Of a stretch of DNA of 64,000 nucleotides, positions 49,591 to 63,800 are shown piece by piece. The stretch is from Mobula hypostoma (taxonomy: Eukaryota). Below the pieces are notes generated by a model. It made no database searches. It had not been told where the DNA came from and saw only the letters and a program-made list of their open reading frames with translations. The translations under genes were made by a program, and so were the position numbers. The stretch is from NCBI RefSeq assembly GCF_963921235.1, contig NC_086098.1:992001-1056000 (forward strand), in the 5' to 3' direction. Numbering within the stretch: position 1 is the first letter of the stretch; every line of letters starts with the position of its first letter.

Positions 49591-52370
49591 ATGCCCAGGA
49601 TTTTCCCTTGTTTCCTTCTTAAACAGAGGTACAACATTAGCCAGTCCTCTGGGACCTCACCTGTGGCTCGTCAGTCACGAAGCTGCTGAGGGCCGAGCAG
49701 TCCCATCTCTCGCTTCCTTCAAAACCTGGGGATCTATCCACCTTAATACTCATTAGGAGGCCCAGTACTTCCTCCTCCTTGACTCTAAACTCTTTAACAT
49801 GTGTATAAAAGAGAAAATATGCAGATGCTTGAAATTCAAGCAACATAGACAAAATGCTGGAGGAACTCAGAAACCAGGCAGCATCTATGGAGAAGAGTAT
49901 AGTCAATGTTTCGGGCCAAGACCCTTCATCACGACTGGAGGAAAAAAGATGAGGAATCGGAGTTAGAACATTGGGGGAGGGACACAATGACTCTTCATAT
50001 GACAAGCTGTTTAATCCTGGAGTAATTTTTGTGAACCTTCTCCAGTTTCAGCACATCCTTTCTAAGACAAGGGGACCAAAATTGCTCTCAATACTCCCAA
50101 GTGAGGCCTCACCAGTTCTATAAAGTCTTAATATTACATACACTATATCCTTGCTTTTATTTTCTAATCCTCTTGAAATGAATGCTAACACCATTTTTGC
50201 CTTCCTCCCCACTGACTCAAGTTAAGCTTTAGAGAATCCTGCACCGGGACTGCCAAGTTCCTTTGCGACTCATTTTTTGTATTTTCTCCCCATTTAGAAA
50301 ATAGTCAGCTTTTCATTTCTTCTACCAAAGTGCAAGAACATACACTTCTTGATACTGTATTCCATCTAAAACTTCTTTGCCCATTAAATCCTTCTGTAGC
50401 CTCTCTACTTCGTCAAAGGTATCTACTCCTCCACCTATCTTTGTATTGTCTGCAAACTTTGCAACAAAACCATCAATTCCATCATCCAGATCATTGACAT
50501 AATCCTACTTACCAAGGACTTTTCATTGCCCCTCCTGGCTTTCCTAATTATCTTTAGTTTTTTTCTGGCTTCTTTATACTCCTCGTGCTTTGTTTGATAC
50601 TGACTTCGAAGCATTACATACCTTTTCTTCTTGACTCAATTCATCACCTCTGTGAACATTCAAGTTTCTCTTTCCAGTCCCATCCTTCCTTCTAACAGGA
50701 ACATATCTTTCCTGTACTCTGTGCATGTATGATGTGGACTTGCCAGAGAAACGGTGTTCCCAATTAATGCTTCTTAGTTCCTGCCTAATGCTCTTGTAAT
50801 TTGCCCTACTCCAATTTATAACTCTCCTGCAAGGACCATGCCTATCCTTATTTATACCTATCCTGAGAATTGAGGAGTTGTGGTTATTGCAGCCTTTCTG
50901 TTCACCCACTGAAAGGTAAGTCACGTGGCCACGCTCATTACAGAACGTCAAGTCTAGTATGGCCCCTCCTCTCATTGGATTGTCCACATATTGATTTAAG
51001 AAACCTTCCAGGATACACTTAACAAATTCTGTCCCATCTAAACTCCTAAAAAGGTTCTAACTTCTATCTGGTAAGTTGAAATCCCTCATGACAACAATCC
51101 TGTTGTTCTAATGCATTTCCTTAATCTGATTACATATCTGTTTCTCAGTGTCCTGGTAGCTATGAGAGGTGTAGAGTGCAATTCTTTCAGTGTGATTCCT
51201 ATTCCTGAGTTCAACCCAAATGGACTCCGTGTCTGAATCCTCCATTATGTCTCCCCTGAGTGCAGCTGTTATATTGTCTCTGATTTGTACTGCATATGCC
51301 TCACCTTTTATCTCCTCCTCTATGTTTTCTAAAACTTCAAAAACCTGGTATATTAATCACCCATTCCTGCCCCTCCCTCAAAAAGTTTCAGTAATGGCTA
51401 CAACATTATATTGCCATGTAGCGTTCCATGCTGTGTTAATCAACCTCACGATAATATTCCGAGCATTAAAATAGACGTACTTCAAATGGTGTGATCTATC
51501 ATATCTGTTATTTTGATTTTGCCTTTGCATCTACCTTTCAGTTTGATCCTTCCCTTAACGATCTTGAGCTCTGGTTCTCAGCCCCCTACAAACCTAGTTT
51601 AAACTCTCCTGGGTAGCATTAGCAACCCCCCAGCCAGGATATTGGTTCCCTTCAAGTTCAGGTGTGATCTGCCCCTCTTGCACAGGCCACTCCTTCACCA
51701 GAAAATATGGGTTTGATTTCAACATTTAAGAGAAGTTTGGGTAAGTGCGTGGATGAGAGAAGTATGAAAGGCTGTGGTCCAGGTATGGGCCTTCTGAATG
51801 TCCAGATATACAACATCCACTGCATTCCCTTTAACTATCCTACTTGTAATTTCCTCAAAGAATTTCAACAGGTTCGTCAGTCAAGATTTTCTGTGAAGGA
51901 AACCATGCTAACTTTGTCCCATCTTGTCCTGTGTCACCAAGTATCCATAACCTCATCCAAAACAATTGACTCCAAAATCCTTCCAACCACTGAAGTCGAG
52001 CTAACTGGTCTCTAGTTTCCTTTCTTAGACTGTAAGACGTAGGAGCAGAATTAGGCCATTCAGCCTTCCTCCTTTCTGAAAGGGAAGAGTGACATTTGCA
52101 ATGTTCTGTTTCTCTGGTAACATGCTAGAGTCCAATGATTTTTGAAAGATCATTACTAATGCCTCCACAATCTCTACAGCTACCTCTTTCAGAAACCTGT
52201 GGTGCTGCTCATCTGGTCCAGGTGACTATGTACCCTTATGTCTTTCAGCTTTTTGAGCACTTTCTCCTGTAATATTAACTGCACTCACTTCTCATCCTTC
52301 ATACCCTTCAACATCTGGAACACTGCTAGTGTCTTCATATTGAAGACTGATGCAAAATTCTCATTCACTC
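49591..52370 (-). mobile_element. Mosaic of old CR1 fragments with a Penelope pseudo-LTR piece at about 49805-49985
   Basis: EN and RT motifs (ORF 50574-50987); minus GTGATGAAGGGTCTTGGCCCGAAAC. Confidence 0.7.
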
Positions 52371-52930
52371 TGGGGCCATAGGTGACCGTCAGGAGAGGGA
52401 AGGGAGGACATAAAGGTTGCGGAAAGCACCTGCGTGACTGTCCCCATTAACATTAAGTACTCCATTTTGAGTGCAGTTGGGGAATGACCTACCCAAGCAA
52501 CAGTGGCTGTGCCTCTGGCACTGAGTCTGACCCTGTGGCTCAGAAGGGTATGGAACGGAAGAGGAGGGCAGCAGTAATATGCAGTGCTATAATTCGGTGG
52601 ACAGACAGGTGATTCTGTGGACGTAAATAAGAAACAAGGCTGTTATTTTGCCTCGCAGTTGCCAGGGTTTGTGATGTTTCTGAGCGCATCCACAACATTC
52701 TGAAATGGGAGGGCGAGCAGCCAGAGGTCACGGTACCAATAACATAGGTAGAAAAAGGTTGGAGTTCCTGAAATCAGAATATAGGGAGTTGCAAAGGAAG
52801 CTGAGAAGCAGGATCTCAAAGGTAGTAATCTGGGGATTGCTGCCTATGCCACACTACACGATAGAATGAGGTGGAGGATAAATGAGTGGCTGAAGGATTG
52901 GAGAATGAGGCAGGGATTCAGATTTTTGGT

Positions 52931-55729
52931 TCAAAGGTTTTAAAGCTACATTTAATGTCAGAGAAGTGTTTACAATATACATCCTGAAATGCTTTTTCTT
53001 CACAACTATCCACGAAAACATAGGAGTGCCCCCAAAGAATGAATGACAGTTAAATGTAAGAACCCCAAAGTCCCCTCCCACCTGCGTGTAAGGGGTAGCA
53101 AAGCAACAATCCCCACTCCCCCCACCGGCAAAAAAAAGCATCAGCACCCGCCACCGGGCACTTGTGTGAGCAAGGAAACATCAAAAACACAGACTTGCTG
53201 TTGTTGTTATTGTTCGTCCTTTGTAGTCGAAGATGACCATGGCTTCAAAGTCAAATGGGAGATTGGTCGCTGTGGGTCCGGAGGTGACTGATGAGGCCAA
53301 TCTGGGCCCTGAAGGCTCGCCCACATGTGGGATACAAGTGGGTGGGTGCTGTCGTGGCAGTGGATGCTGCTCGGGCCTTGCGCACAGCACGCTTTCATTG
53401 CGCCTCGATGATGTGCCTGACTTCAGCTGCACGTGCTCCTGTGGTGATCTCGCTGCGCCAAGCTGGACGGTCGAGGGCAAGCGTCTCCCACCCAGGCCTT
53501 TGAGGGACGCTTTGAGGCAGTCTTTGTAATGTTTCTTCTGCCCCCCGACTGAGCGCTTGCCCTGACACAGTTCTCCGTGCAGTAGCTGCTTAGGCAATCG
53601 GCTGTCTGTCATTCTGACCACATGTCCAGCCCACCTGGCTTGGGCTTTCAGCAGGAGGGTGTGGACGCTGCAGAGCCCAGCTCGTTCCAGGACTTCCGTG
53701 TCGGGGACTTTGTCCTGTCACCTGATGTGGATGAATCTGCGGAGACAGCTCAGGTGAAAGTGGTTGAGCTGTTTGGCGTGTTTGCTGTAGACAGTCCAGG
53801 TCTCGCTGGCGTAAAGGAGGGTGGTAAGGACCACTGTACAGTAGACCTTCAGCTTGGTGGTAAGGCTGAGTCCTCTCCGCTCCCAGACATTCTCACGAAG
53901 TCTCCCAAAGGCGGCGCTGGCTTTGGCAATCCTGTTGTTGACCTCAGCGTCTATGTTCACTGTGCGATAGAGTATGCTGCACAGGTAGGTGAAGTTGTCG
54001 ACTGCCTAGAGGTTCTGGCCCTTCACCGTGATGCGCGGCTCCTGGTATGGCTTTCCTGGGGCAGGCTGGTACATAACTTCGGTCTTTTTGGTGCTGATAG
54101 TGAGACCGAAGTTGTCGCAGGCTTCTGAGAAGCAGTCCATTTCACGCTGCATCTCCTGCTCTGTGCTGGCATTGAGTGCGCAGTCATCAGCAAACAAGAA
54201 GTCTCTGATGACAGTCTCTCGCACCTTTGTAACTGCCTGCAGGCACCTAAGGTTGAACAACCTGCCGTCAGTCCTGTACCTGACGTGGATTCCTTCTTCG
54301 TAGTTACGGAAGGCATCTGTCAGCATGGCAGAGAATACCATACTGAACAGAGTCGGAGCAAGAACGCAGCCTTGTTTGACGCCATTTGTCACTGGGAAGG
54401 CCTCCGACTCGTCGCCGTCATCCAGAACTTTCACCATCATACTGTCGTGGAACTGCCGGACGATTGTGATGAACTTGCTGGGGCAGCCAAACTTCTCCAT
54501 GATCTTCCACAAGCCTTTTCTGCTGACCGTATCGAAAGCCTTGGTTCGATCGACAAGGGTCACGAAGAGGTCGCTGTGTTGCTCCTGGCATTTTTCCTGG
54601 AGTCGGCGCGCAGCAAAAATCATGTCCGCGGTCCCACGTTCAGCACGGAAGCTGCACTAGCTTTCTGGGAGCAGACCTTGCTCAAGGTGTTGGAGAAGGC
54701 GGTTGAGCAGGACACGGGCCAGAATCTTCCCTGCAATGGACAAGAGGGAGATGCCTCGGTGGTTGTCGCAAGACTGGCGGTTGCCTTTCCTCATGTAGAT
54801 GTGGACTATGCTGGCATCTTTCAGCTGTTGTGGGACCTGTCCCTTTTTCCACATGGACTGGAAGAGTACAGTCAGTTTTTGCATCATGACAGGGCCTCCT
54901 GCTTTGTATACCTCAGCAGGGATTGCATCGGGTCCTAGCGCTTTGCCACAGGAGAGTTGCTTCACTGCCTTCCTGACTTCATCTACTGTGGGGAGGGTGT
55001 CAAGGTTCTTGTTGATCTCTACCTGGGGCAGGCGGGCAATGGCCTCGTCGTTGATGTCGGCAGGGCGGTTAAGGACGTTGTTAAAGTGCTCAGCCCACCA
55101 ATCCAGAATCTGCTTCTTCTCTGTCGGCAGCTGCGTCTCATCTGCGTTGAGGAGGGGTGAGGAGCCGGAGGACTGGGGTCTGTATACAGCCTTAAGCGCA
55201 TCGTAGAAGCGCTTTATGTCGTGGCTGTACCCCAAAGACTACTTGTTCACCCAGTATTTGACATACCACAGGCTTTCTGTCTCTCCCTAATAAGGGAGAA
55301 AGAGGTGTCTCCGTTTCGTAGCGAGAGGGGAGACATAACAAACAACTTGCTGGTTTAGATGTTAAAAGTCCGTTGTGTCGCTTTTTCCGAGCTCCAAAGA
55401 TCTTGGGTCTCTGGGCAAACAGCCAGAGATCTTCCGTTTCCAATGGCACACTGATCTCCTGCAGAGGCACTGACCTCCGATCCTCCCCCATCTCCAGAGC
55501 CATGAAATCTCGGTCCTCCGAAGGCGAGCGAAGCTCTTAGGCCGAGTCCTAAACAGCGGCCATTCGTGAAACCCCAAGAGCGGGTCCCATTCCCACAAAG
55601 AACCGTAGTCAGCGTGTAACTCCAGGTCAGGGTCTTCAAAAGAACGCTGAAAGGGAAAAATAGATATTCAAGATGGACAGAGAGCTGTTTCTGAAGATGC
55701 AAGCGAAGGAGTTGCCATTAGGCGACATT
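52931..55729 (-). mobile_element. Unclassified non-coding retroposon (52931-53201 and 55229-55729)
   Basis: Interrupts CR1 ORF1; its end recurs at about 43563-43640; no recognisable protein. Confidence 0.6.
53202..55228 (-). mobile_element. RTE-clade LINE, 5'-truncated
   Basis: NHRGISLLSIAGKILARV; GVKQGCVLAPTLF; FLFADDCAL; SRLPKQLLHGEL; (CAA)n-like tail; GCTGT at both junctions. Confidence 0.93.
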
Positions 55730-56925
55730 AAATCGCCTCTTCTGGAGTAGGTGTGACCTGTACAAAAAGGACAAGTTGCACATGAATCCAAGGGGGACCA
55801 ATATCCTGACCGGGGTGGGGGGGGTGGGATTTGCGAATGCTAGTGATTTGCAGGGGGGTGGGAACCGAAGTAAAGAGGCAGAGGCTGGGGAGGGTTTAGA
55901 ACAGAAGTAGAGACAGTTTGTAGGGAGTTTATGAGGACAGATGTTAGAGCAAAGATGCAATCAGCCTGTTGGTTTGAGATGTGTCAGTTTTAATGCAAGG
56001 AGTATCATAAACAAGGCGGATGAACTTAGAGCATGGATCAATACATAGAACTGTAACGATGTGGAAATTACAGAGGCCTTGGAGGTCTCAGGAGCAAGAA
56101 TCGCTGCTGAGTGTGCCAGGCTTTAAATGTTTCAAAAAGAACAGAGAGCGGCAAAGGAAATGGGGGTGAGGCATTGCTAATTAGGGGTAGTGTCACGGCT
56201 GCAGTAAAGGAGGAAGTCATGGAGGGTTTGTCTACTGAGTCAGTGTGGGTGGAAGTCAGAAACAGGAAAGGGGCAATAACTCTACTGGGTGTTTCTTATA
56301 GACCCCCCAATAGTAACAGGGATATTGAGGAGCAGATACGGAGGCAGATTCTGGAATGGTGCAATAATAATAAGGTTGTCGAGATGAGAAATTTTAACTT
56401 TCCTAATATTGATTGGTGTCTCCTTAGTGCAAGAGGTTTAGATGGGGTGGAGTTTGTTAGTTGTGTTCAGGAAGGTTTCCTGACACAATATGTAGATAAG
56501 CCAACCAGAGGAGAGGCTGTACTTAATCTGGTATTGGGAAACGAAGCTTGTCAGGTAACAGATCTCTTGGTGGGAGAGCATTTTGGAGGTAGTGACCAAA
56601 ATTCTGTCTCCTTCATCAGTGCTGGAGAGGGATAGGAGCTGACAATTGGGAAAACATTTAATTGTGGTGGGGGGGGGGATATGATCCTGGTCGGCAGGAA
56701 CGGGAGCAGATGTTCTCAGGGAAATGCACAGCAGAAATGAGGCAAATGTTCAGGGAAAATAGATAGCGTTAGTGCTCTGGAAAATTACATGGTTGCAAGA
56801 AAGGAGTTTAGGAATAGCATCAGAGCCAGAATGGGCCATGAGAAGGCCTTGGTGAGCAGGATTAAGGAAAACCCTAAGTCATTCTACAAGTATCTGAAGA
56901 GCAAGTGGATGAGCCATGTGAGAAT

Positions 56926-59900
56926 CGGGAGGTTTGCAAAGGCTATTGCGGAGAGTTTAAACTAGATTTGCTGGGGGGTGGGAACCGAACTGAAGTGACG
57001 AGGGAAGGGGCGGTTGGCTCACAAATAGAGAAAGGTTGGAGACAGTGCGAGAGGAAGGATAGGCGGATGATAGAGAAGGGACGCATTCAGACCGATGGTT
57101 TGAGATGTGTCTATTTTAATACAAGGAGTATTATGAACAAAGTGGATGAGCTTAGAGTGTGGATCAGTACTTGGAGCTATGATGTTATGGTCATTACAGA
57201 GACTTGGATGGCTCAGGGGCAGGAATAGTTACTTCAAGTGCCAGACTTTAGATGTTTCAGAAAGGACAGGGAGGGAGGCAGAAGAGGTGGGGGCGTGACA
57301 CTGTTGATCAGAGATAGTGTCACGGCTGCAGAAAAGGAGGAAGACATGGAGGGATTGTCTATAGAGTCTCTGTGGGTGGAAGTTAGGAAAAGGAAGGGGT
57401 TAATAACTCTACTGGGTGTTTCTTATAGGCCACCCAATAGTAACATGGACATCAAGGAGCAGATAGGGAGACGCATTCTGGAAAGGTGTAATAATAACAG
57501 GATTGTTGTGGTGGGAGATTTTAATTTCCCAAATATTGCTTGACATCTCTCTGGAGCAAGGGGTTTAAATGGGGTGGAGTTTGTTAGGTGAGTTTAGGAA
57601 GGTTTCTTGACACAATATGTAGATAAGCCTACAAGGGGAGAGGCTGTACTTGATGTGGTATTGGGAAATGAACCTGCTCAGGTGTCAGATCTCTCAGTGG
57701 GAGAGCATTTTGGAGATAGTGATCACAATTCTATCTCCATTACCATAGCATTGGAGAGGGATAGGAACAGACATGTTAGGAAAGCGCTTAATTGGAGTAA
57801 GGGGAAATATGAGGCTATCAGGCAGGAACTTGGAAGCATAAATCAGAAAGAGATGTTCTCAGGGAAACGAACGGAAGAAATGTAGCAAATGTTCGGGGGA
57901 TATTTGCATGGAGTTCTGCATAGATACGTTCCAATGAGATGGGGAAAGGATGGTATAGTACAGAAACCGTGGTGTAAAAAAGGCTGTTGTATATCCAGTC
58001 AAGAAGAAACGTGGTGAGTGCGTGGAATGGGCTGTCAGCGGTGGTGGTGGAGGCGGAAACAATAGGGTCTTTTAAGAGACTCCTGGATGGCTACATGGAG
58101 CTTAGAAGAATAGAGGGCTACAGGTAAAGCCTAGGTAGTTCTAAGGTAGGGGCATGTTCGGCACAGCTTTGTGGGCCAAAGGGCCTGTATTGAGCTGTAT
58201 GTTTTCTATGTTTCTAAAAGAAGAGCTTACGAAAGGTTCGAAAAACTAGATAATGATAGAGATCTAGAAGATTATTAGGCTAGCAGGAAGGACCTTAAGA
58301 ATGAAATAAGAGCCAGAAGGGGACATGAGAAGGCCTTGGTGGACAGGATTAAGGAAAACTCCAAGGCATTCTACAAATATGTGAAGAGCAAGAGGATAAG
58401 ACGTGAGAGAATAGAACCAATCAAGTGTGACAGTGGAAAAGTGTGTATGGAACCGGCGGAGATAGCAGAGGTACTTAATGAATACTTTGTTTCAGTATTC
58501 ACTACGGAAAAGGATCTTGGTGATTGTAGGGATGACTTGCAGAGGGCTTAGCTATTAAGGAAGAGGATGTGCTAGAGCTTTTCAAAAGCATCAAGTTGGA
58601 TAAGTCACTGGGACTGGACAAGATGTATCCCAGGCTACTGTGAGAGCTGAGGGAGGAGATTGTTGAGCTGCTAACGACGATCTTTGCATCATCAGTGGGG
58701 ATGGGAGAGGTTCTGGAGCATTGGAGGGTTGCAGATGTTGTTTCCTTATGCAAAACAGGGAGTAGAGATAGCCCAGGAAATTATAGACCGCTGAGTCTTA
58801 TTTCAGTGGTCGGTAAGTTGATGGGGAAGATCCTGAGAGGCAGGATTTATGAATATTTGGAGAAGCATAATATGATTAGGAATAGTCAGCATGGTTTTGT
58901 GAAAGGCAGGTCGTGCCTTATGAGCCTGATTGAATTTTTTGAGTTTGTGACTAAACACATTGATGAAGGTAGAGCAGTAGATGTAGTGTATATGGATTTC
59001 AGCAAGGCATTTGACAAGGTACCCCATGCAAGGCTTATTGAGAAAGTAAGGAGGCATGGGATCCAAGGGGACGTTGCTTTGTGGATCCAGAACTGGCTTG
59101 CCTACTGAGGCAAAGTGCGGGTCATATTCTGTATGGAGGTCGGTGACCAGTGGTGTGCCTCAGGGATCTGTTCTGGGACCCCTACTCTTCACGATTTTTA
59201 TAAATGACCTGGATGAGGAAGTAGAGGGATGGGTTAGTCAATTTGCTGATGACACAAAGGTTGGGGTTGTTGTGGATTGTGTTGAGGGCTGTCAGAGGTT
59301 ACAGTGAGACATTGATAGGATGCAAAACTGGGCTGAGAAGTGGCAGATGGAGTTCAATCCAGATAAGTGTGAGGTGGTTCATTTTGGTAGTTCAAATATG
59401 ATGGCAGAATATAGCATTAATGGTGAGACTCTTGGCAGTGTGGAGGATCAGTGTCCGAGTCCATAGGACACTCAGAGCTGCTGTGCAGGTTGACCCTGTG
59501 GTTAAGAAGGCATACGGTGCATTGGCCTTAATCAATCATGGGATTGAGTTTAAGAGCCGAGATGGAATGTTGCAGCTATATAGGACCCTGGTCAGACCCC
59601 ACTTGGAGTACTGTGCACAATTCTGGTTCCCTCACTACAGGAATGATGTGGGAACTATAGAAAGGGTGCAGAGGAGATTTGCAAGGATGTTGCCTGAATT
59701 GGGGAGCATATCTTATGAGAATAGGTTGCGTGAACTAAGCCCTTTCTCCTTGGAGCAACAGAGGATGAGAGGTGACCTGATAGATGTATACAAGATGATG
59801 AGAGGCATTGATCGTGTGAATAGTCAGAGGCTTTTTCGCAGGACTGAAATGGCTAGCATGAGAGGGCACAGTTTTAAGGTGCTTGGAAGTAAGTACAGCA

Positions 59901-60136
59901 GAGATGTCAGGGGCCAGTTTTTTGCGCAGAGAGTGGTGAGTGTGCAGAATAGGCTGCCGGCGACGGTGGTGGAGGCAGATACGATCAGGTCTTTTAAGAG
60001 GCTCCTGGACAGGTCACGGAGCTGAGAAAAATAGAGGGAAATGGGTAACCCTAGGTAATTTCTAAGGTAAGGACATGTTCAGCACAGCTTTGTGGGCCAA
60101 AGGGCCTGTTTTGTGCTGTTGGTTTTCTCTGTTTCT
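56926..60136 (+). mobile_element. CR1 with nearly all of ORF2 (decayed) and a nested CR1 3' piece at about 58010-58215
   Basis: Consecutive EN and RT ORFs from 56905 to 60025; tail near 60120. Confidence 0.9.
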
Positions 60137-60722
60137 CAACATCAGTACGCCGAAAGAGCTGATTGTGGACTTCAGGAAGGGTAAGACGAAGTAACACATG
60201 CCAATCCTCATAGAGGGATTAGAAATGGAGAGAGTGAGCAGTTTCAAGTTCTTGGATGTCAAGATCTCTGAGGAACTAACCTGATTCCAACACATCGATG
60301 CAGCTATAAGGAAGGCAAAACAGTGAATATACTTCATTAAGAGTTTGAAGAGATTTGGTTTGTCAACAAAAACATTGAAACACTTCTGTCGATGTAGTGT
60401 CTGGTATGGGGTGGGGGAGGTGCACAGGACGGAAAGAAGCTGCAGACGGTTGTAAATTTTGTCTGCTCCATCTTGGGTACTACCCTGCAAAGTGCCCAGG
60501 ACATTTTCAAGGAGTGGTGTCTCAGAAAGGCAGCGTCCATTATGAAGGACAAGCTGCACTTTTTAAATATGTTTTTCTGTTTTTGCACGATTTTTAATCT
60601 GTTCAATATGTGTATACTGTAATTGATTTACTTATTTAATGTTTTTTTCTATATTAGGTATTGCATTGAACTGCTGCTAAGTTAACAAATCTCATGCCCG
60701 AGATAATAAACCTGACTCTGAT
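60137..60722 (+). mobile_element. Rex1/Babar-like LINE 3' fragment
   Basis: Homologous to 46610-47838. Confidence 0.8.
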
Positions 60723-60724
60723 TG

Positions 60725-61640
60725 TCAGTGATTTAGATGACATTGATGGCTTTGCAGCAAAGTTTGTGGATGATATGAAGATAGGTGGAGAGATAGGTAG
60801 TGCTGATGAAGCAATGTGATTGCAGTAGTACTTAGACAAATTGGATGGATTGGCAGAAAAGTGGCAGATGGAATACTGTGTTGGAAAATGTATGACAATG
60901 CACTTTGGTAAAAGGAACAATAGTGCGGGCTATTACCTAAATGGGGAGAAGATTCAAACGTCAGAGGTGCAGAGGGACTTAGGAGTCCATGTGCAAGATT
61001 CCCAGAAGATTCATTTACAGGTTTAGTCTGTGGCAAAGAAGGCAAATGCAGTGTTGGTATTTATTTCAAGGGGAATAGAATACAAAAGCAAGGAGATAAT
61101 GCTGAGCCTTTAAAAGACACTAGTAAGGTTGCAGTTTTGGGCCCCATATTTCAAAGGATGTGTTGTCATTGGAGAGAGTCCCGAGGAGGTTCATGAGGAT
61201 GTTTCTGAGATTGAAGGGGTTAACATATGAGGAGTGTTTGTTAGCTTTGGGCCTGTAATCACTGGAATTTAGAAGAACGCATGGGGATCTCATTGAAACC
61301 TACTGAATGTTGAAAGGTCTAGATAGGGTGGATGTGGAGAGGATGTTTTCTATGGTGGGGGTATCCAGAGCTAGAGGCCTCTGCCTCAGAATTGGAAGGT
61401 CATCTTTTAGAACAGAGGTAAGGAGGATTTTTTTATCCTGAGAGTAGTAAATCTGTGGATTGCTCTGCCACAGACTGCGGTGGAGGCTATACTTAGGCAG
61501 AAGTTGATCATCTCGCGATCGGTCTGGGCAACAAAGGATATGGCGAGAAGGCAGGTAAATGGGGTTGAGTGGGATCCAGGATCAGCCATGATAGAATGCT
61601 GAATAGCCTAATTCTGCTCCTATATCTTATGGTCTTATGG
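60725..61640 (+). mobile_element. Old CR1 RT to 3' fragment
   Basis: KFVDDMK; AEKWQMEY; (CTTATGGT) tail. Confidence 0.82.
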
Positions 61641-63800
61641 ACTTCCCTTGTCAACCACTGTTGTATTATTTTGGCATTTGAATATTTCTTAGTTTTTGGA
61701 ATACATCTGTCCTGCACCTTCCTGATATTTCCCAGAAGCACACGCCATTTCTGCTCTGCTGTCATCCCTGCCAGCAGCTTCTTCCAATTTACTTTGGCCA
61801 AGTTCTCTCTCATACCACTGGAATTTCCTTTTCTCCATTGAAATACTGCTATGTCAGACTTTACTTTCTTCCTATTAAATTTCAAGTTGAATTCAATCAT
61901 ATTGTGATCACTGGCTCCTAAGGATTCTTTTACCTTAAGCTCCCTAATCAGCCCCGGATCTTATAGAACAGTATAGCTGATCCCTAGTAAGACTAACGAT
62001 AAACTGGTCTAAAGCCAACTCGTAGGCATTCAGCAAACTCACTCTCTTGAGATCCATTACCAACCTGATTTTCCCAATCGACCTGCATGCTAAAATCTCA
62101 CATGACTATCACAACACCTTTTCTATTTCCCTTTGTAATATGTGGTCCACATCCCAGCTACTGTTGGGATGCCTATATATAACTGCCATCAGGGTCCTTT
62201 TACATTCGTAGATTCCTAACTCAACCCACAAGGATTCAATATCTTCCATTCCTGTGTCACATCTTTCTGTGGTTTTGTTGCCACTTTTTACCAGCAGAGC
62301 CAGGCCGCCTCCTCTGCTCAGCTTCCTATCCCTCCGATACAACGTAACCTTTGATATTCATTTCCCAACTACTATTATCCTTCCGCCACGATTCAGTGAT
62401 GGCCACAACATCATTCCTGACAATCTGTAATAGTGCAACAAGATCATCCACCTTATTTCTGATACTTCATGCATTGAGATATTACACCTTGAGTACTGTA
62501 TTTGCTACCCTTTTCGATTTTTGCATCCCCAATGCACTGATACCCTGCTGGCTGCAATTTTGTCCTATCATCTGTCTGCTCTTACTGCCCTGACTGACAC
62601 TCTGACAGCATGTTATCTTTGCTTTTATACCATCCATCCTATCCAGAGTCTCTTCAGTTTGGTTCCTACCCCACTGCCAAATTAGTTTAAAACCTCACCA
62701 ACAGCTTTAACAAACCTGCCCACGAGAACATTGGTCCTCCTTGGGTTCAGGTACAACCCGTCCCTTTTGTACAAGTCATACCTCCACCAGAAGAGATCCA
62801 GAGGCGAGTGGCTCAGGCAGCAATCCAGAAATTACTATCCAGGTGGTCCTGCTTTACCGCTTTCTACCTAGATATTTCAATTCTCTTTACAGACCCTTTT
62901 TGCTTTTCCTTCCAATGTCATTGGAACCCATATGTACCATGAAAACTGGCAGCTCTCCCTCCCTCCCTCCCTCGCCAAAATGTTATGGATGCGATCTGAG
63001 ATGTCCCTGACCCTGGCACCTGGGAGGCAACATGCCATTGGTTCTCCATTTAACGTCCTCAGAATCTCCTGATTGTTCCCCTGACTATTGAGTTCCCTCT
63101 TACTACCGCTCCCCTCTTCTCCCTCCTTCCCTCCTGCACGATGGACCCATGCTCAGTGCCAGTAACCCCGTTCCATGGCATTCCCTTGGGAAGTCATCCC
63201 CCACAACAGCATCCAAAGCGGTAGACTTACGATTGAGGGGAACGACCACAGAGATGCTCTGCACTAACTGCTTATTCAGATTTCCATTTTTTCCGACAGT
63301 CACCAAACTACTCGCCTCCTGCAACTTCAGGGTGAGTACTTCCCTGTAACTCTGATCGATTATCTCCTTTCTCGCCCGTTCAAGCTGAAGGTCATCCAGC
63401 TGCTGCTCCAAATCCTTAAAATGGTCTTCAAGGAGCTGCAGCTGGATGTCTGCATGCAGATATAGTTCTCTGGGAGACTCTGGGTCTACAAGGTCTCCGA
63501 TATCTGACATGAAGAACACAAAACAACTATTTAATATACTTGGTATAGTAAGAGCAAAATAAATTAACCTTAACAGAGGCTTACTGTGAGCCAACACCAC
63601 ATCCAAGCCGAAGCCTCTGAGCCAAAGCCTGACACTCCTACTCTCACCACGAGTCTATTCCCAACATTGGCCCTTCTATACTTTTATTTAATTCACGGTG
63701 CTCTGCTCCCGCCCCTAATTGGGCCTGCAGGATGTGCAAATGCCCGTGAAGCACTCCTTTTAAACAAGCGTTGCTGACCTGCGAGAAACCTCGTCGCTGT
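61641..63800 (-). mobile_element. CR1 5' half: EN, ORF1 and probable 5' UTR
   Basis: ORFs 61508-61900 and 62109-62342 (EN); 63103-63606 coiled-coil LQLLEDHFKDLEQQLDDL typical of CR1 ORF1. Confidence 0.75.

Larger units (their letters stand above)
52380..56925 (+). mobile_element. CR1 ORF1 esterase and EN region (52380-52930 and 55730-56925)
   Basis: GTNNIG; GFRFL|..LYKKDKLHMNPRGTNIL; ORF 56111-56635 YRPP. Confidence 0.78.

Noticed and set aside
53622..54938. Plus-strand ORFs of 168 and 217 aa
   Set aside because: Antisense open frames of the GC-rich RTE ORF.
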